From the NCBI GenBank assembly GCA_045863395.1, contig BTVJ01000002.1:96001-160000 (forward strand): DNA of 64,000 bases, read 5' to 3'. The DNA comes from Myxococcales bacterium. GTDB taxonomy: Bacteria; Myxococcota_A; UBA9042; JABWCM01; BTVJ01. The notes under the pieces are model-generated. The model had not been told where the DNA came from. It searched no databases and saw only the letters and a list, made by a program, of their open reading frames with translations. Position numbers and translations under genes: made by a program. Numbering within the stretch: the first letter of the stretch is position 1; each line of letters starts with the position of its first letter. Of this stretch, positions 39,486 to 49,325 are shown one piece after another.

Positions 39486-40289
39486 TCACGCGTCGGGATC
39501 GACCCCCAGCTCCCGCAGCCGCTGGGCGAGGCGCTCGGCGCGCGCTGACTCCTGCTCGGCGCGGGCGGCCTCCTGCACGGCGCGCGCGGCCTCCTGCTCG
39601 GCGCGGGCGGCCTCCTGCTCGGCGCGGGCGGCCTCCTGCTCGGCGCGCGCCCGCTCGACGGCGAGGCGCGGCCTCTGCTTGCCTCGGTACCAGATGTCGA
39701 GCTTGTCCCCCTCGGTCCACTGGTCCCGGGGGAGGACGCGCAGCTCCAGCTCAGGGATCGACCGAGACACCACCCGGCCGCCCGGAGCGAGCTCGTGGCG
39801 CTCATACTGCTCGCCCTCCAGCCGGAACCAGGTGACGGAGCGCGCGTCAGCGAGGTCGGGGAAGATCAGGCCGAACTCCGGGACCCTGTTGAACTCGTTG
39901 AGATATCTCTGGAAGTGGATGTCCTTGGACTCCTTCCGCGAGTCGTTCGTCGACACCACCTCGATTACGAGGAGCAGATCGTTGGCCGTGACCCGGTCGA
40001 TGTCCCCAGGGCGCACAAAGACACAATCTCCGTAGTAGGCGCGCTGCTCCAACGTCTCCGGGTGGATGTACCAGATCGGGTGGTCGCTGATGACCCGGAG
40101 CCCGGCCTCGGTCCCAATGGCCCGCAGGATGGGCATGGTCTCGGTCACGAGGAGCTCGTGGGGATAGCTCTGCGGCACTTGGAGAGCCTCGTCGAAGTAG
40201 GGAATCCCGTCATAGGCCGTGTGAATCCACGGCTCGATGATCAGGCGATCCGAAGGGGGGGAGCTGCGCCATGTCGAGGGTCGAGACAT
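39486..40289 (-). CDS. Uma2/DUF820-family putative nuclease with C-terminal heptad repeats
   Basis: H..., GDCVFV, LLVIEVVS, VPEF, FRLEGEQYE; tail (RAEQEAA)n...AERLAQRLRELGVDPD. Confidence 0.75.
   Translation of the reverse strand: MSRPSTWRSSPPSDRLIIEPWIHTAYDGIPYFDEALQVPQSYPHELLVTETMPILRAIGTEAGLRVISDHPIWYIHPETLEQRAYYGDCVFVRPGDIDRVTANDLLLVIEVVSTNDSRKESKDIHFQRYLNEFNRVPEFGLIFPDLADARSVTWFRLEGEQYERHELAPGGRVVSRSIPELELRVLPRDQWTEGDKLDIWYRGKQRPRLAVERARAEQEAARAEQEAARAEQEAARAVQEAARAEQESARAERLAQRLRELGVDPDA
39549..39653 (-). repeat. Five tandem 21-nt units encoding AEQEAAR heptads
   Basis: CTCCTGCTCGGCGCGGGCGGC repeated with small variations. Confidence 0.9.
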
Positions 40290-40446
40290 GCCTGCGAGTG
40301 TATACCGCCGCCTGCGGGCCTTCAAGCTGCGGCCTCGCCAGGCGCGAAGCCAACGGGGGCCCGGTCCGGCGTCAGCTCCGGCAGGCGGTTCTGCGGCCCG
40401 GACGGGTTGCCGCGCGGGAAGCGGGCATTGCGCCCCTGAACGTGCG

Positions 40447-41334
40447 TCAGGACAGGTACCGCACCCCGGTCAGCTTCTCTGCGGTCTCCCACAAAGCGCG
40501 GGCCACCTCGGCGTCCTGGGCCCGTCGCGCAATGTGGGCCGGCGCCGGGTAGCCGATGAGCTCGTAGGGCCCCCGCGGCCCGAAGTAGGCACCGCCCGCC
40601 ACGTCGGGTGCCGTCGCCGCATACAGGGTCGGCAGGGCCCCCTTGGGGGCGCTCATCGCAGCGATGGTCGTGAACACATCGAGCAGCTTGTTGTGGCGCT
40701 GCAGGTCGGTCTTGGTGCCGCCCGGGTGGGCCGCCACGGAGATCACCCCTGCGCCGCTCGCCTCCAGGCGACGCTGCAGCTCCAACGTGAACACCAGACA
40801 GGCGAGCTTGCTCTGGCAGTACTCCCGCCACCCCTTGTACGGGCGCTCTCCGTGGAAGGACCCGAGGTCGATGCGCCCCTGGCGGTGGGCGAGGCTGCTG
40901 ACCGTCACGACGCGAGCGCCGGGTGTCTCCAGGAGTCGCGACAACAGGAGCCCCGTCAGCGCGTGGTGCCCCAGGTAGTTGACGCCGATCTGGAGCTCGA
41001 AGCCGTCCTCGGTCTTGGAGGCCGGGGGGATCATCACCCCGGCGTTGTTGATCAGCAGGTGCAACGCCGCCCCGGACTCCAGGAAGGCTTGTGCGAAGGC
41101 CCGGACGGACGCCAGGCTCGCCAGGTCGAGGAGCGCCAGCTCCACCTCCGCACCCTCGCCCCGGATGCGCGCGACCGCCGCCTCTCCGCGCTCGCGGCTC
41201 CGGCACGCGAGGATGACCCGCGCGCCTCGGTGGGCCAGCGCGCGGGCGGTCTCGTACCCGATGCCCGCGTTGGCGCCGGTGACTATGGCCGTGCGGCCGG
41301 TCTGGTCGGGGATCTGGTCGGCGGTCCACTTCAT
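40447..41334 (-). CDS. Short-chain dehydrogenase/reductase (retinol dehydrogenase/WWOX-like)
   Basis: VTGANAGIG, LINNAGVM, YCQSK (YxxxK), AAHPG. Confidence 0.92.
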   Translation of the reverse strand: MKWTADQIPDQTGRTAIVTGANAGIGYETARALAHRGARVILACRSRERGEAAVARIRGEGAEVELALLDLASLASVRAFAQAFLESGAALHLLINNAGVMIPPASKTEDGFELQIGVNYLGHHALTGLLLSRLLETPGARVVTVSSLAHRQGRIDLGSFHGERPYKGWREYCQSKLACLVFTLELQRRLEASGAGVISVAAHPGGTKTDLQRHNKLLDVFTTIAAMSAPKGALPTLYAATAPDVAGGAYFGPRGPYELIGYPAPAHIARRAQDAEVARALWETAEKLTGVRYLS

Positions 41335-41422
41335 GACGGCTCCGGGTGTCAGGGGAGGCCGGAGTCTCGCCCATCGCAGGCCACGCCGCAAGCCCCACTG
41401 CGGTTTGGCCAAGCCAGGGTCC

Positions 41423-42367
41423 CTACCGCGCGCACGCCCCCCGCACGCCCGGCAGATCGACCAGCGGACCCTTGGGGACCACGCCGCTCGGGTTGAGCCG
41501 CGGGTGGCTCCCGTAGTAGTGGCGCTTGATGTGGTCGAGGTCCACGGTCTCCGCCACCCCCGGCACCTGGCAGAGCGCCCGGGTGTAGGCCCACAGCGCG
41601 GGGTAGTCCACGAGGCGGCGCAGGTTGCACTTGAAGTGGCCGTAGTAGACGCTATCGAAGCGCACGAGCGTCGTGAAGAGCCTCCAGTCCGCCTCGGTGG
41701 GCTGGTCCCCCACGAGGAACGCCTGACGCCCCAAGCGCGCCTCGAGCTCATCGAGCGCCTCGAACAGGGCATCGAAAGCCTCCTCGTAGGCGGCCTGGGT
41801 GGTGGCGAACCCTGTCCGGTAGACGCCGTTGTTGACCCGCTCGTAGACCAGCGCGTTGACCGCGTCGATGTCAGCGCGCAGGGGCTCCGGATAGAGGTCG
41901 ACGGTCGGGTCCCCGAACGCGTCGAAGGCCCGGTTCAGGGTGCGCATGAGCACGGAGGACTCGTTGCACACGATGGTCCGCGTCACCGTGTCCCAGAGGA
42001 TGGGCACCGTCGCCCGCCCGGTGTAGTTCGGCTGAGCGACCGTGTAGAGCTGGTGGAGGTGTCGCGCCCCCTCGTGGGCGTCCGGGACGGCCAACGTCCA
42101 TCCCTCCGGCCCCCAGACGGGCTCCACCACCGTGACCCCGATGGCTGCGTCGAGGCGCTTCAGGGCGCGAACGATGAGCACCCGGTGGGCCCAGGGGCAC
42201 GCCAGCGAGACATAGAGGTGGTAACGGCCTGCTGCGGCCGGAAACCCCGACGACCCGTCGGCGGTCACCTCACCGCGGAAGGTGGAGTCCTCGCGGACGA
42301 ACCGCCCCGCGGTGCGCGCCGTGTCGTACCAGTCGTCCGTCCAGATCCCGTCTCTGAGCATGCCCAT
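41423..42367 (-). CDS. Glutathionyl-hydroquinone reductase (YqjG/ECM4-like GST)
   Basis: GRYHLYVSLACPWAHR, TVPILWD, NNGVYRTGFA, RFDSVYYGHFKCN, HIKRHYY. Confidence 0.92.
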   Translation of the reverse strand: MGMLRDGIWTDDWYDTARTAGRFVREDSTFRGEVTADGSSGFPAAAGRYHLYVSLACPWAHRVLIVRALKRLDAAIGVTVVEPVWGPEGWTLAVPDAHEGARHLHQLYTVAQPNYTGRATVPILWDTVTRTIVCNESSVLMRTLNRAFDAFGDPTVDLYPEPLRADIDAVNALVYERVNNGVYRTGFATTQAAYEEAFDALFEALDELEARLGRQAFLVGDQPTEADWRLFTTLVRFDSVYYGHFKCNLRRLVDYPALWAYTRALCQVPGVAETVDLDHIKRHYYGSHPRLNPSGVVPKGPLVDLPGVRGACAR

Positions 42368-42522
42368 GCTTCCTCCAACCGGTCCCCCGATGGTCACCCC
42401 GCGAGCACGCCATGCACGCGCCGCACCATGCATGCAACCATTGGATTGTAATTGGGAAGCTGGCGATGGCGCGCCGACCGTCCGTCTCAGAACGGGACCG
42501 GGTCGACTCAATCTGACAGCGC

Positions 42523-44193
42523 TCAGGCCCCGATGCGCGCGCGCACGGCGCGAAGCACAGCCTCCCCGGTCTGCCGGGCCGCGGCCAGCGCGGCGTCCGC
42601 CCTTCCGCGCGTCTCCGCCGCCCAGTCCGCGTCCCCGTCCATGCCCGCGAGGTTCACCAGCACGTTGAGCCACGCCCCCTCCGCGCAGGTGAGGCAGCAG
42701 AGCACCCCGACCCCGGCGTCGGTCACGGAGTTGGGGTTGCCCTTGTCCACGGCGACCGCCAGCAGGTCGAGCACCGGCAGCGTGCGCTCGATGACGCTGA
42801 GCGGCACCAGGGTCGCGCCGCGGTTCGCCAGGCGGATCGCCTCGTCGCGGGCCGCCACCTCCTCGGGCGTCCCCTTGGGCAGACGCCGCGCCGCGAGCAC
42901 CGCGTTGAAGGCCTCCGTGTCGGCGTCGACGGCGCGCATGAGCCAGTCCTTGTGGGGCTGGGCGGCCACGGCGAGCTCGTTCATCTCGTCCCACACGTCC
43001 GCCTGCCCCTTGCGCCCCACCGTCAGGCTCGCGACCATGGCGGCCAGCCCTGCGCCGAGGCTCCCGCACAGCGCGGCGACGCTGCCGCCCCCGGGCGCCG
43101 GGGACTCGCTCGACAGCTCGTCGCAGAAGCCCTTCAGCGTGAGGTCGGCGAGCCCCTTCCTGCCCCGGGCCAGGCGGTACTCGATGATCTTGTCGTCGGG
43201 GTCGAAGGGCGCCACGTCCCGCAGCCCCAAGGACCGGACCGCACACTCGACCACCTCGCGCTCGGGCAGGCCCGCGCTCTTGCCCTGCCGGCGCAGGTAG
43301 TGGCGCCCCGCCATGAGCATGGGCTCCAGCGGCACGAGGCCGACCAGCTCGCTCCCGGTGACCCGCATGCCCCGACTGGCGGCCTCCTCGCACGCAGCGT
43401 CGAACACCTGGTGCAGGCTCGTCACGCGGTAGTTGGTCAGGTTCATGGAGATCTGCGCCACCTTGTACTCGTCGATGAACCAGCCGACGCCCTTGACGTG
43501 GGGGAAGCGCCCCGGGACCTTCAGCGCCTGCCCCGCCTCGTCACGGACGATCTCGCCGTGGGCGTCTCGTCGGGCGCGCCCCTGCTCACGCAGCGTGAGC
43601 GCGATGTCATTGGCGAGCTTCCGGTCCTGGGTGTTCAGGTTGACGTTGTACGCGAGCAGGAACTCCCGGGCGCCGATGGCCGTGGCCCCGGCTCGCGGGT
43701 TGTGGGTGGCGGGGCCCCGATCGGGCGCGCCGGCCTCGCTGGCGAGCTTCTCCGGCAGCGCCTCATACTCCCCGGCGCGCACGTCCGCGAGGTTGCGGCG
43801 CGCGGGGCGGGTGGCCGCGTTCTCGTAGAAGTACACGGGGATGCCGAGCTCGCCCACCCGCTCCCCGAGCCGGTGCGCCAGCGCCACGCACTCCTCCATG
43901 GTCACGCCGGACACGGGCACGAAGGGGCACACGTCCGTCGCCCCCATGCGTGGGTGCGCCCCCTTGTGCCTGCGCATGTCGATGAGCTGGGCGGCCGCGC
44001 GAATCCCCTGGAAGGCCCCCTCGAGCACGGCCTCCGGCTCGCCCACCATGGTCACCACGGTGCGGTTGGTGGCGGCGCCCGGGTCCACGTCGAGGACCTG
44101 GCAGCCATCCACCGCCATGGCGGCCACGATCTGGTCGATGATCCTCCGGTCCCGTCCCTCACTGAAGTTGGGTACACACTCGACGATGGCCAT
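42523..44193 (-). CDS. ftcD: Glutamate formimidoyltransferase-cyclodeaminase (bifunctional)
   Basis: ECVPNFSEGRD, NRTV, HPRMGATDVCPFVP, QISMNL, PAPGGGSVAA, GNPNSVTDAGV. Confidence 0.93.
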   Translation of the reverse strand: MAIVECVPNFSEGRDRRIIDQIVAAMAVDGCQVLDVDPGAATNRTVVTMVGEPEAVLEGAFQGIRAAAQLIDMRRHKGAHPRMGATDVCPFVPVSGVTMEECVALAHRLGERVGELGIPVYFYENAATRPARRNLADVRAGEYEALPEKLASEAGAPDRGPATHNPRAGATAIGAREFLLAYNVNLNTQDRKLANDIALTLREQGRARRDAHGEIVRDEAGQALKVPGRFPHVKGVGWFIDEYKVAQISMNLTNYRVTSLHQVFDAACEEAASRGMRVTGSELVGLVPLEPMLMAGRHYLRRQGKSAGLPEREVVECAVRSLGLRDVAPFDPDDKIIEYRLARGRKGLADLTLKGFCDELSSESPAPGGGSVAALCGSLGAGLAAMVASLTVGRKGQADVWDEMNELAVAAQPHKDWLMRAVDADTEAFNAVLAARRLPKGTPEEVAARDEAIRLANRGATLVPLSVIERTLPVLDLLAVAVDKGNPNSVTDAGVGVLCCLTCAEGAWLNVLVNLAGMDGDADWAAETRGRADAALAAARQTGEAVLRAVRARIGA

Positions 44194-44225
44194 GCTCCAC
44201 TCCTTGGTTCGCGGTGCCGGCCGGG

Positions 44226-44254
44226 ACCATAGGACGCCCGGCGCGGGCTTTCAA
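44226..44254 (-). promoter_or_regulatory. Sigma70-like promoter for ftcD
   Basis: Minus strand reads TTGAAA-17 nt-TATGGT. Confidence 0.5.
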
Positions 44255-44369
44255 GAGGGTCCGGGGGCCGAGGGAGGGGGCGCTGTTGCCCGGGCAATGT
44301 GAATCGTGGCATGTACTCTCTCCATGCCGGGCGCAGCAGGGCGTACCCCCGGCCCGACGGAGGCGGCCC

Positions 44370-44603
44370 ATGGTCACGGTGCGTCAGGGTGCCCGGCTCT
44401 CGGTGATCTGGTTGGGCGTCGCGCTCTCGGTGGGGGCGTGCGCCACCACCCGCTTCCACGAGCGGGAGCGCGTGGCAGACCGTGCCGCGCGCTTCGATCA
44501 GGACGCCGCCCTCGGCTACATCCTTGGCAAGCTCCACGCGGCCCGCGAGGGGGCCTTCGGGGCCTTCGGCGCTGCGGCGGCGGGAGGGTGCGGGTGCCAG
44601 TAG
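44370..44603 (+). CDS. DUF4266-family small lipoprotein
   Basis: Lipobox VGAC; REGAFG...GGCGCQ C-terminus. Confidence 0.8.
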   Translation: MVTVRQGARLSVIWLGVALSVGACATTRFHERERVADRAARFDQDAALGYILGKLHAAREGAFGAFGAAAAGGCGCQ

Positions 44604-45712
44604 GTCTCCGCCTCGCGCTGGTGCTTGCCGTCATGCCCTCCGTCGCCCGGGGCGAGGGGAGCACCTCGCTCGACCTGACTGTGTTCTCGCAGGGGGACGA
44701 CGGCGGCGACCCGCACAAGGCGGAGGGGCTCGACTACTACGGACTGCGCGTCGCGTCGCGGGTGCGGGTCTCGGACGAGGTGGAGCTTCGCGCATCGGTG
44801 GCGGCGGCCGTCCTCGCGAACGAGGACGCTGCACCTGCGCCGCGCACCGTCACGGGCGTGACCATCACGTCCGCGTCGTCCACCACCGTCACCCTGGACG
44901 CCACCGCGGCCGTGGACGTGCGGCCGGCCGGCAGCGGGACGACCCTGTCCGCCGGGGCCTTCTACCATCACCAGTTCGGCTTCATCGGCGGGGGCCTCGA
45001 TCTGGGCGTCGCCCAGGAGCTCGCCGGGGGAGACACGGTGCTCGACGCCTCCTTCAGCCTGCGAGGGGCCGGCCTCAAGCTGCGCATGTGGGATGGGCAA
45101 TACCTCGGCTGGACGTACCAGAGCACCTACAACCTGGCGCTGTCCGTGACCCAGACCGTGTCTCCGAGCGTCGTCGTTGCCGTTGGCGCGCAATACTCGA
45201 GGCACTGGGGCACCCTGGCCGAGACGTTCAACTTCGTGGTCCTGCACGACCCGACGGGAACGCCGCGGGAGCTGGTGAACGAGGCGCTGCCCGACGAGCG
45301 CCACCGCGGCCAGGTCAACGCCCGGGTCCGCTTCACACCCTCGGTTGGCACCAGCATTGGCCTCGACGCCAGCTTCTACGGGGACGACTGGGGAGTCCTC
45401 CATGGGGCGGCCGAGCCGAGCGTGGAGACCACACTGCCGTGGGATCTGCGCCTGCGCGTGTGGGGGCGCGTCTCCTGGCAGCGGGCGTCCCGGTACTTCG
45501 ACGACGGGGCGCAGGAGCCCGTACGGTACGCAACACAGGACCCGGATCTCGGGAACTTCGTCATGCTCAGCCCCGGCGTGCTCGTGATCGTGCCGCTCGG
45601 GGCCTCCTCGGAGGAGCTCTCATGGGAGACCCGCGTCGCCGTCTTCGGCTTCTATCGCACGGACCAGATCTACGCGGTGGGGAGCTCCGCCGGGGTGGTC
45701 GCCACCTGGTGA
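44594..45712 (+). CDS. DUF3570-family outer-membrane beta-barrel protein
   Basis: Signal peptide; TITSAS; EALPDERHR; FYGDDWGV; TQDPDLG; terminal W; lies between the DUF4266 and apbE genes. Confidence 0.72.
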   Translation: MPVGLRLALVLAVMPSVARGEGSTSLDLTVFSQGDDGGDPHKAEGLDYYGLRVASRVRVSDEVELRASVAAAVLANEDAAPAPRTVTGVTITSASSTTVTLDATAAVDVRPAGSGTTLSAGAFYHHQFGFIGGGLDLGVAQELAGGDTVLDASFSLRGAGLKLRMWDGQYLGWTYQSTYNLALSVTQTVSPSVVVAVGAQYSRHWGTLAETFNFVVLHDPTGTPRELVNEALPDERHRGQVNARVRFTPSVGTSIGLDASFYGDDWGVLHGAAEPSVETTLPWDLRLRVWGRVSWQRASRYFDDGAQEPVRYATQDPDLGNFVMLSPGVLVIVPLGASSEELSWETRVAVFGFYRTDQIYAVGSSAGVVATW

Positions 45713-47079
45713 CGGCGCTGGTGCTGGCCCTCGCAGGCTGCGCGCCCTCGGTCGGCCGGAGCGACGTCGCTGTCTCGGGGGGCGTCGTCGCCGAGGGGGC
45801 CGTCAGGGGGAGCGTCGTCGTCGAGGGTACGGCGGACCTGATCGCGACGGACCGCGCAACGCTCGTCGCCGTCATGACTCGCTGGTGCGAGGTCTGCCGG
45901 CGTGAGCAGCCTGAGCTGGAGCGCTGGGCGCGGTCCCACGCCGACGTGCGCACCGTCGTGGTGGTCAGCGGAAGCCCCCGCGCCGACGTCGACGCGCTGG
46001 TCGCGGAGCGGCGCCTGGACGTGGGGGCGCTCTCCATCGTGGCCGACCCGAGTGGGGGCGTGGCCGATGGCCTCGGCGTGACAGCGACGCCAGCGCTCCT
46101 GCTGTTTGCGCCGGGGGGGGCGGCGCCGACCGGGAGGTACACGCGCGTGGATGAGCTGCCACCGGTGGGCGGCCGTGGGGCGGGCGCAGGCGCGGCGGGG
46201 GTGGAGGGGGTCACCGACACGGGGACGGAGCTTGGCACGTCCTACGACGCCCTTGTCCTGGGGCCGCAGGAGCAAGCGCGCCGTGACCTGGCGGACGCGC
46301 GGACCCTGGTCCGGGAGCTTGGGGCGCAGCTCTCCGAGTGGAACCCCGACAGCGAGCTCAGCCGCGTCAATCGCGAGGCATGGCCGGGGCCGGTCGTGCT
46401 CTCGCCGACCCTGCGGCGGATCATCGCGGGCGCCATCCACGTGTCGCGGCAGACCGGAGGCGCCTTCGACATCACCTGGGCGTCCCTGGACGAGCCAAGG
46501 GAGGGCGATGATCGGGCCTTGGCGGCGCTGGCCGGGGTGGGGTCGGAGCACCTGATCCTGGACGGTGACACGCTGCGATTTGGTCACCCCGCCACCCGCA
46601 TCGGGCTCGGCGGCGTGGCGAAGGGCGACATCATCGACGCGGCCTTCCTGCTGCTGCGGAGCCGGGGGTATGCGAGCATCGTGGTCAACATCGGCGGAGA
46701 CCTCCGGACAGCGGGGCGAGACGAGGCCGGCAAGCGGAGGTTCGAGATCGTGGACCCATACCACCCGCAGGAGATGGCGGGGAGCATCGAGGTGGACGAC
46801 ACGGCCATCGCGACGTCGGGAAACTACCTGCGCCGACGCCGGATCGGGGGGCAGGTGGTCGGGCACATCATCGACCCGCGCACGGGCCGCCCGCCCGCCT
46901 TCGACGGGTCCGTGACGGTGCTGACCCGGGACGCGGCGATGGCCGACGCGCTGGCCACGGCGCTGTTCGTGATGGGGCCGGAGGAGGGGCTCGGGTTTGT
47001 TGGAGGGCTGGAGGGGGTGGAGGCGATCTTCGTGACCCGCGACGGCGTGAAGGCGACGGTGCCGGTGGAGTCACGGTGA
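45709..47079 (+). CDS. apbE: Lipoprotein: thioredoxin-like (TlpA) domain fused to FAD:protein FMN transferase
   Basis: LAGC; WCEVC; DSELSRVN, GAFDIT, LGGVAKG, NIGGD, ATSGNY, HIIDPRTG, ADALATA. Confidence 0.88.
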   Translation: MTALVLALAGCAPSVGRSDVAVSGGVVAEGAVRGSVVVEGTADLIATDRATLVAVMTRWCEVCRREQPELERWARSHADVRTVVVVSGSPRADVDALVAERRLDVGALSIVADPSGGVADGLGVTATPALLLFAPGGAAPTGRYTRVDELPPVGGRGAGAGAAGVEGVTDTGTELGTSYDALVLGPQEQARRDLADARTLVRELGAQLSEWNPDSELSRVNREAWPGPVVLSPTLRRIIAGAIHVSRQTGGAFDITWASLDEPREGDDRALAALAGVGSEHLILDGDTLRFGHPATRIGLGGVAKGDIIDAAFLLLRSRGYASIVVNIGGDLRTAGRDEAGKRRFEIVDPYHPQEMAGSIEVDDTAIATSGNYLRRRRIGGQVVGHIIDPRTGRPPAFDGSVTVLTRDAAMADALATALFVMGPEEGLGFVGGLEGVEAIFVTRDGVKATVPVESR

Positions 47080-47112
47080 GGGGGGACCCGTGGGCGGTGG
47101 ACTCCCCGCGCG

Positions 47113-48894
47113 TCAGCCGCCCACGGCGCGGGCGTCGAGGGTGCGGCCGGTCTGGTGCACGGCCTTGAGCTTGGTCATGACGCTGCCGTGGTGGATCTGC
47201 GTGGTGTCCGGGTCGGCGTGCGTGACGAGCTTCTTGTCCAACAGTGACTGCCGGATGCGTCGGTAGATGTCGTCCCACCGCGCAAAGAGGGCGCGCTCCT
47301 CCTCCCGCGGGATCCACCCGACGGTGTGGGCGAGCCGCAGCTCGTTCCACGCGCCGTGCATGCCGGTACGGAACACGGTCTGGAGCTTGGACTCGTGCCG
47401 GTGCTCGAGGAGCCCGCTCACCGCCCGCCGCACGTTGTCTACGAGGCTCGTGCGCGCCTTGCGCTCCACGCGGGTCCCGTAGAACTTCGTGTAGATGCGT
47501 GCCTTCCACTTCACGAGGTCAAACCGGCTCAGGAGCTCCGAGTGGCTCACAGACGGCACCAGGTCGCCGCCCTGGAGGATGTGCGCGAAGTAGGTGCCGT
47601 CGAGCTTGATCTTGCCGGCGTCGTACAGCGCGTCGAACAGCTCCGTGCCCGGGAGCGCGAAGAAGTAGCCCACCCCGAGGTCCGTCACGCCCATGCGCCG
47701 GATCTGCGCGGCGAACTCCAGGCTCTCGGTCAGGTCCTCCTCGGTGTCGTGGGGGAACCCGATGATCAGGAAGCACGCCACGTTGAGCTCCGCCTCGACG
47801 CTGGCGCCGATGCTCGCGAGCAGGTGGTCGGTCCTCATGCGCTTCTTGATCAGCTTGCGGGTGCGCTCCGAGCCCGACTCGGGCGCATACGCGATGCTCA
47901 CCATGCCCGTGCGGCGCATCAGGTCCGCCACCTCGGCGTCGATGGCCTCGGACCGGGTCCCCGAGGGGAACTGCCAGGCGACATCCAGCTTGCGGCGCAG
48001 GATCTCCTTGCAGAACGCCACGATCCAGTCCTTCTGCACGATGGCGGTCAGGTCCTGGAACGGGAAGCTGGAGGCTCCGAATTGTCGCAGGTGGTGCTCG
48101 ATCTCGTCGACCACCTTGATGGGGTCACGCGGGATCCACCGCGGGTTCCACATATTGGGCGACGAGCAGAACGTGCACTGGTACGGGCAGCCGCGGGTGG
48201 CGAGCAGCGGCAGGTTGATGCGCCCGGTCTGCATGCCGCCGACCAGGTGCGAGTCGTTGTACGCCTTGATGTCGAACAGGTGCCACGCCGGGTAGGGGAT
48301 GGCGTCCACGTCCTTGCGCCGCGCCCTCCGCCGGTTGACCGTGAAGCTGTCGTGGTCGCGAAAGCCGATGCCGTCCACCTGCTGGAGCGGTCGCCCGGAC
48401 TCCAGCGCGTCCAGCAGCTCGATGACGGACTCCTCCCCCTCGCCGGTCACGATGAAGTCGGCCTTCGAGGTGGCGAGGCAGAACTCCGGCATGGACGTGA
48501 CGTGCTCGCCCCCGACGACCACGGGCATGTCGGGCAGGCGCGCCTTGATGAGCTCGATGAGCCGCACGACGGCGGGCCACTCGTGCGTGAAGACCACGGT
48601 GATGCCTACGATGCAGCTCTCGGCGGGCACACGCGCTGCGATGGCTTCCAGCGGGAGGCCGACCAGCACCCCCTTGAAGTACCGCGTCCGCCCCTTCGGG
48701 TCCTCGGCGACGGAGTCGAGCAGGTGCACGGGCCTCCCTGCTTCCTCCAGGGCGGCGGCGATGTAGGCCAGCCCGAGCGGCAGCGTGATGGTCGTGGTGA
48801 CGAACCGGAAGCTCTCGACGGCAGGCGGCCGCACGAGGCAGACGGGCCCACGCAGGGGGGTGGCGCGATGCTTTGGTGTGTCGATGGGGTGCAT
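47113..48894 (-). CDS. Cobalamin-binding radical SAM protein
   Basis: PLGLAYIAAALE, VGGEH, TRGCPYQCTFC (CX3CX2C), ESGS, IIGFP. Confidence 0.9.
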   Translation of the reverse strand: MHPIDTPKHRATPLRGPVCLVRPPAVESFRFVTTTITLPLGLAYIAAALEEAGRPVHLLDSVAEDPKGRTRYFKGVLVGLPLEAIAARVPAESCIVGITVVFTHEWPAVVRLIELIKARLPDMPVVVGGEHVTSMPEFCLATSKADFIVTGEGEESVIELLDALESGRPLQQVDGIGFRDHDSFTVNRRRARRKDVDAIPYPAWHLFDIKAYNDSHLVGGMQTGRINLPLLATRGCPYQCTFCSSPNMWNPRWIPRDPIKVVDEIEHHLRQFGASSFPFQDLTAIVQKDWIVAFCKEILRRKLDVAWQFPSGTRSEAIDAEVADLMRRTGMVSIAYAPESGSERTRKLIKKRMRTDHLLASIGASVEAELNVACFLIIGFPHDTEEDLTESLEFAAQIRRMGVTDLGVGYFFALPGTELFDALYDAGKIKLDGTYFAHILQGGDLVPSVSHSELLSRFDLVKWKARIYTKFYGTRVERKARTSLVDNVRRAVSGLLEHRHESKLQTVFRTGMHGAWNELRLAHTVGWIPREEERALFARWDDIYRRIRQSLLDKKLVTHADPDTTQIHHGSVMTKLKAVHQTGRTLDARAVGG

Positions 48895-49053
48895 GGTTGG
48901 TAGGGTGGCACAGGTGGGGCGGTTGGGAAAGTTCGCGCGGTGTAGGGGGGCGAGATCGTTGGGGAGGGGGTGCTCGCTGCGCCGCCCATGGCCGGGGCTA
49001 CCCCCGGTCGTTGCGCGCTCATCGTGGTGCGAGGGGGCGCCGAGACGTGTCCC

Positions 49054-49082
49054 GCTAGCTCGGGTCGGCCACCCGAGCTAGC
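49054..49082. repeat. Perfect 12-bp inverted repeat (hairpin)
   Basis: GCTAGCTCGGGT-CGGCC-ACCCGAGCTAGC. Confidence 0.8.
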
Positions 49083-49325
49083 CCTATACCCTGGCGCTGT
49101 CACTGCGACCCATGGCTCCCGCGACCCACGTGGCCCCCAGGAACCACCGGACCGGCTCCTCCCCATGGCCAGGACGATGATCGAGGCGGCCCGCAGGGCG
49201 TCGGCGACCGCGGGCGGCCTCCGCGAAGCTGGAGCGAGGGCCTTGCGAACGCTCCAGGGTTGAACTTCGGTGCTCCGTGGGGCGCAGTGGAAGGGCGGTC
49301 AGGTGAAGCGCCACTTGACGCCCTA

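Noticed and set aside
39549..39653. CRISPR-like repeat
   Set aside because: The units are contiguous with no spacers, keep frame and encode a coiled coil; no cas genes are present.
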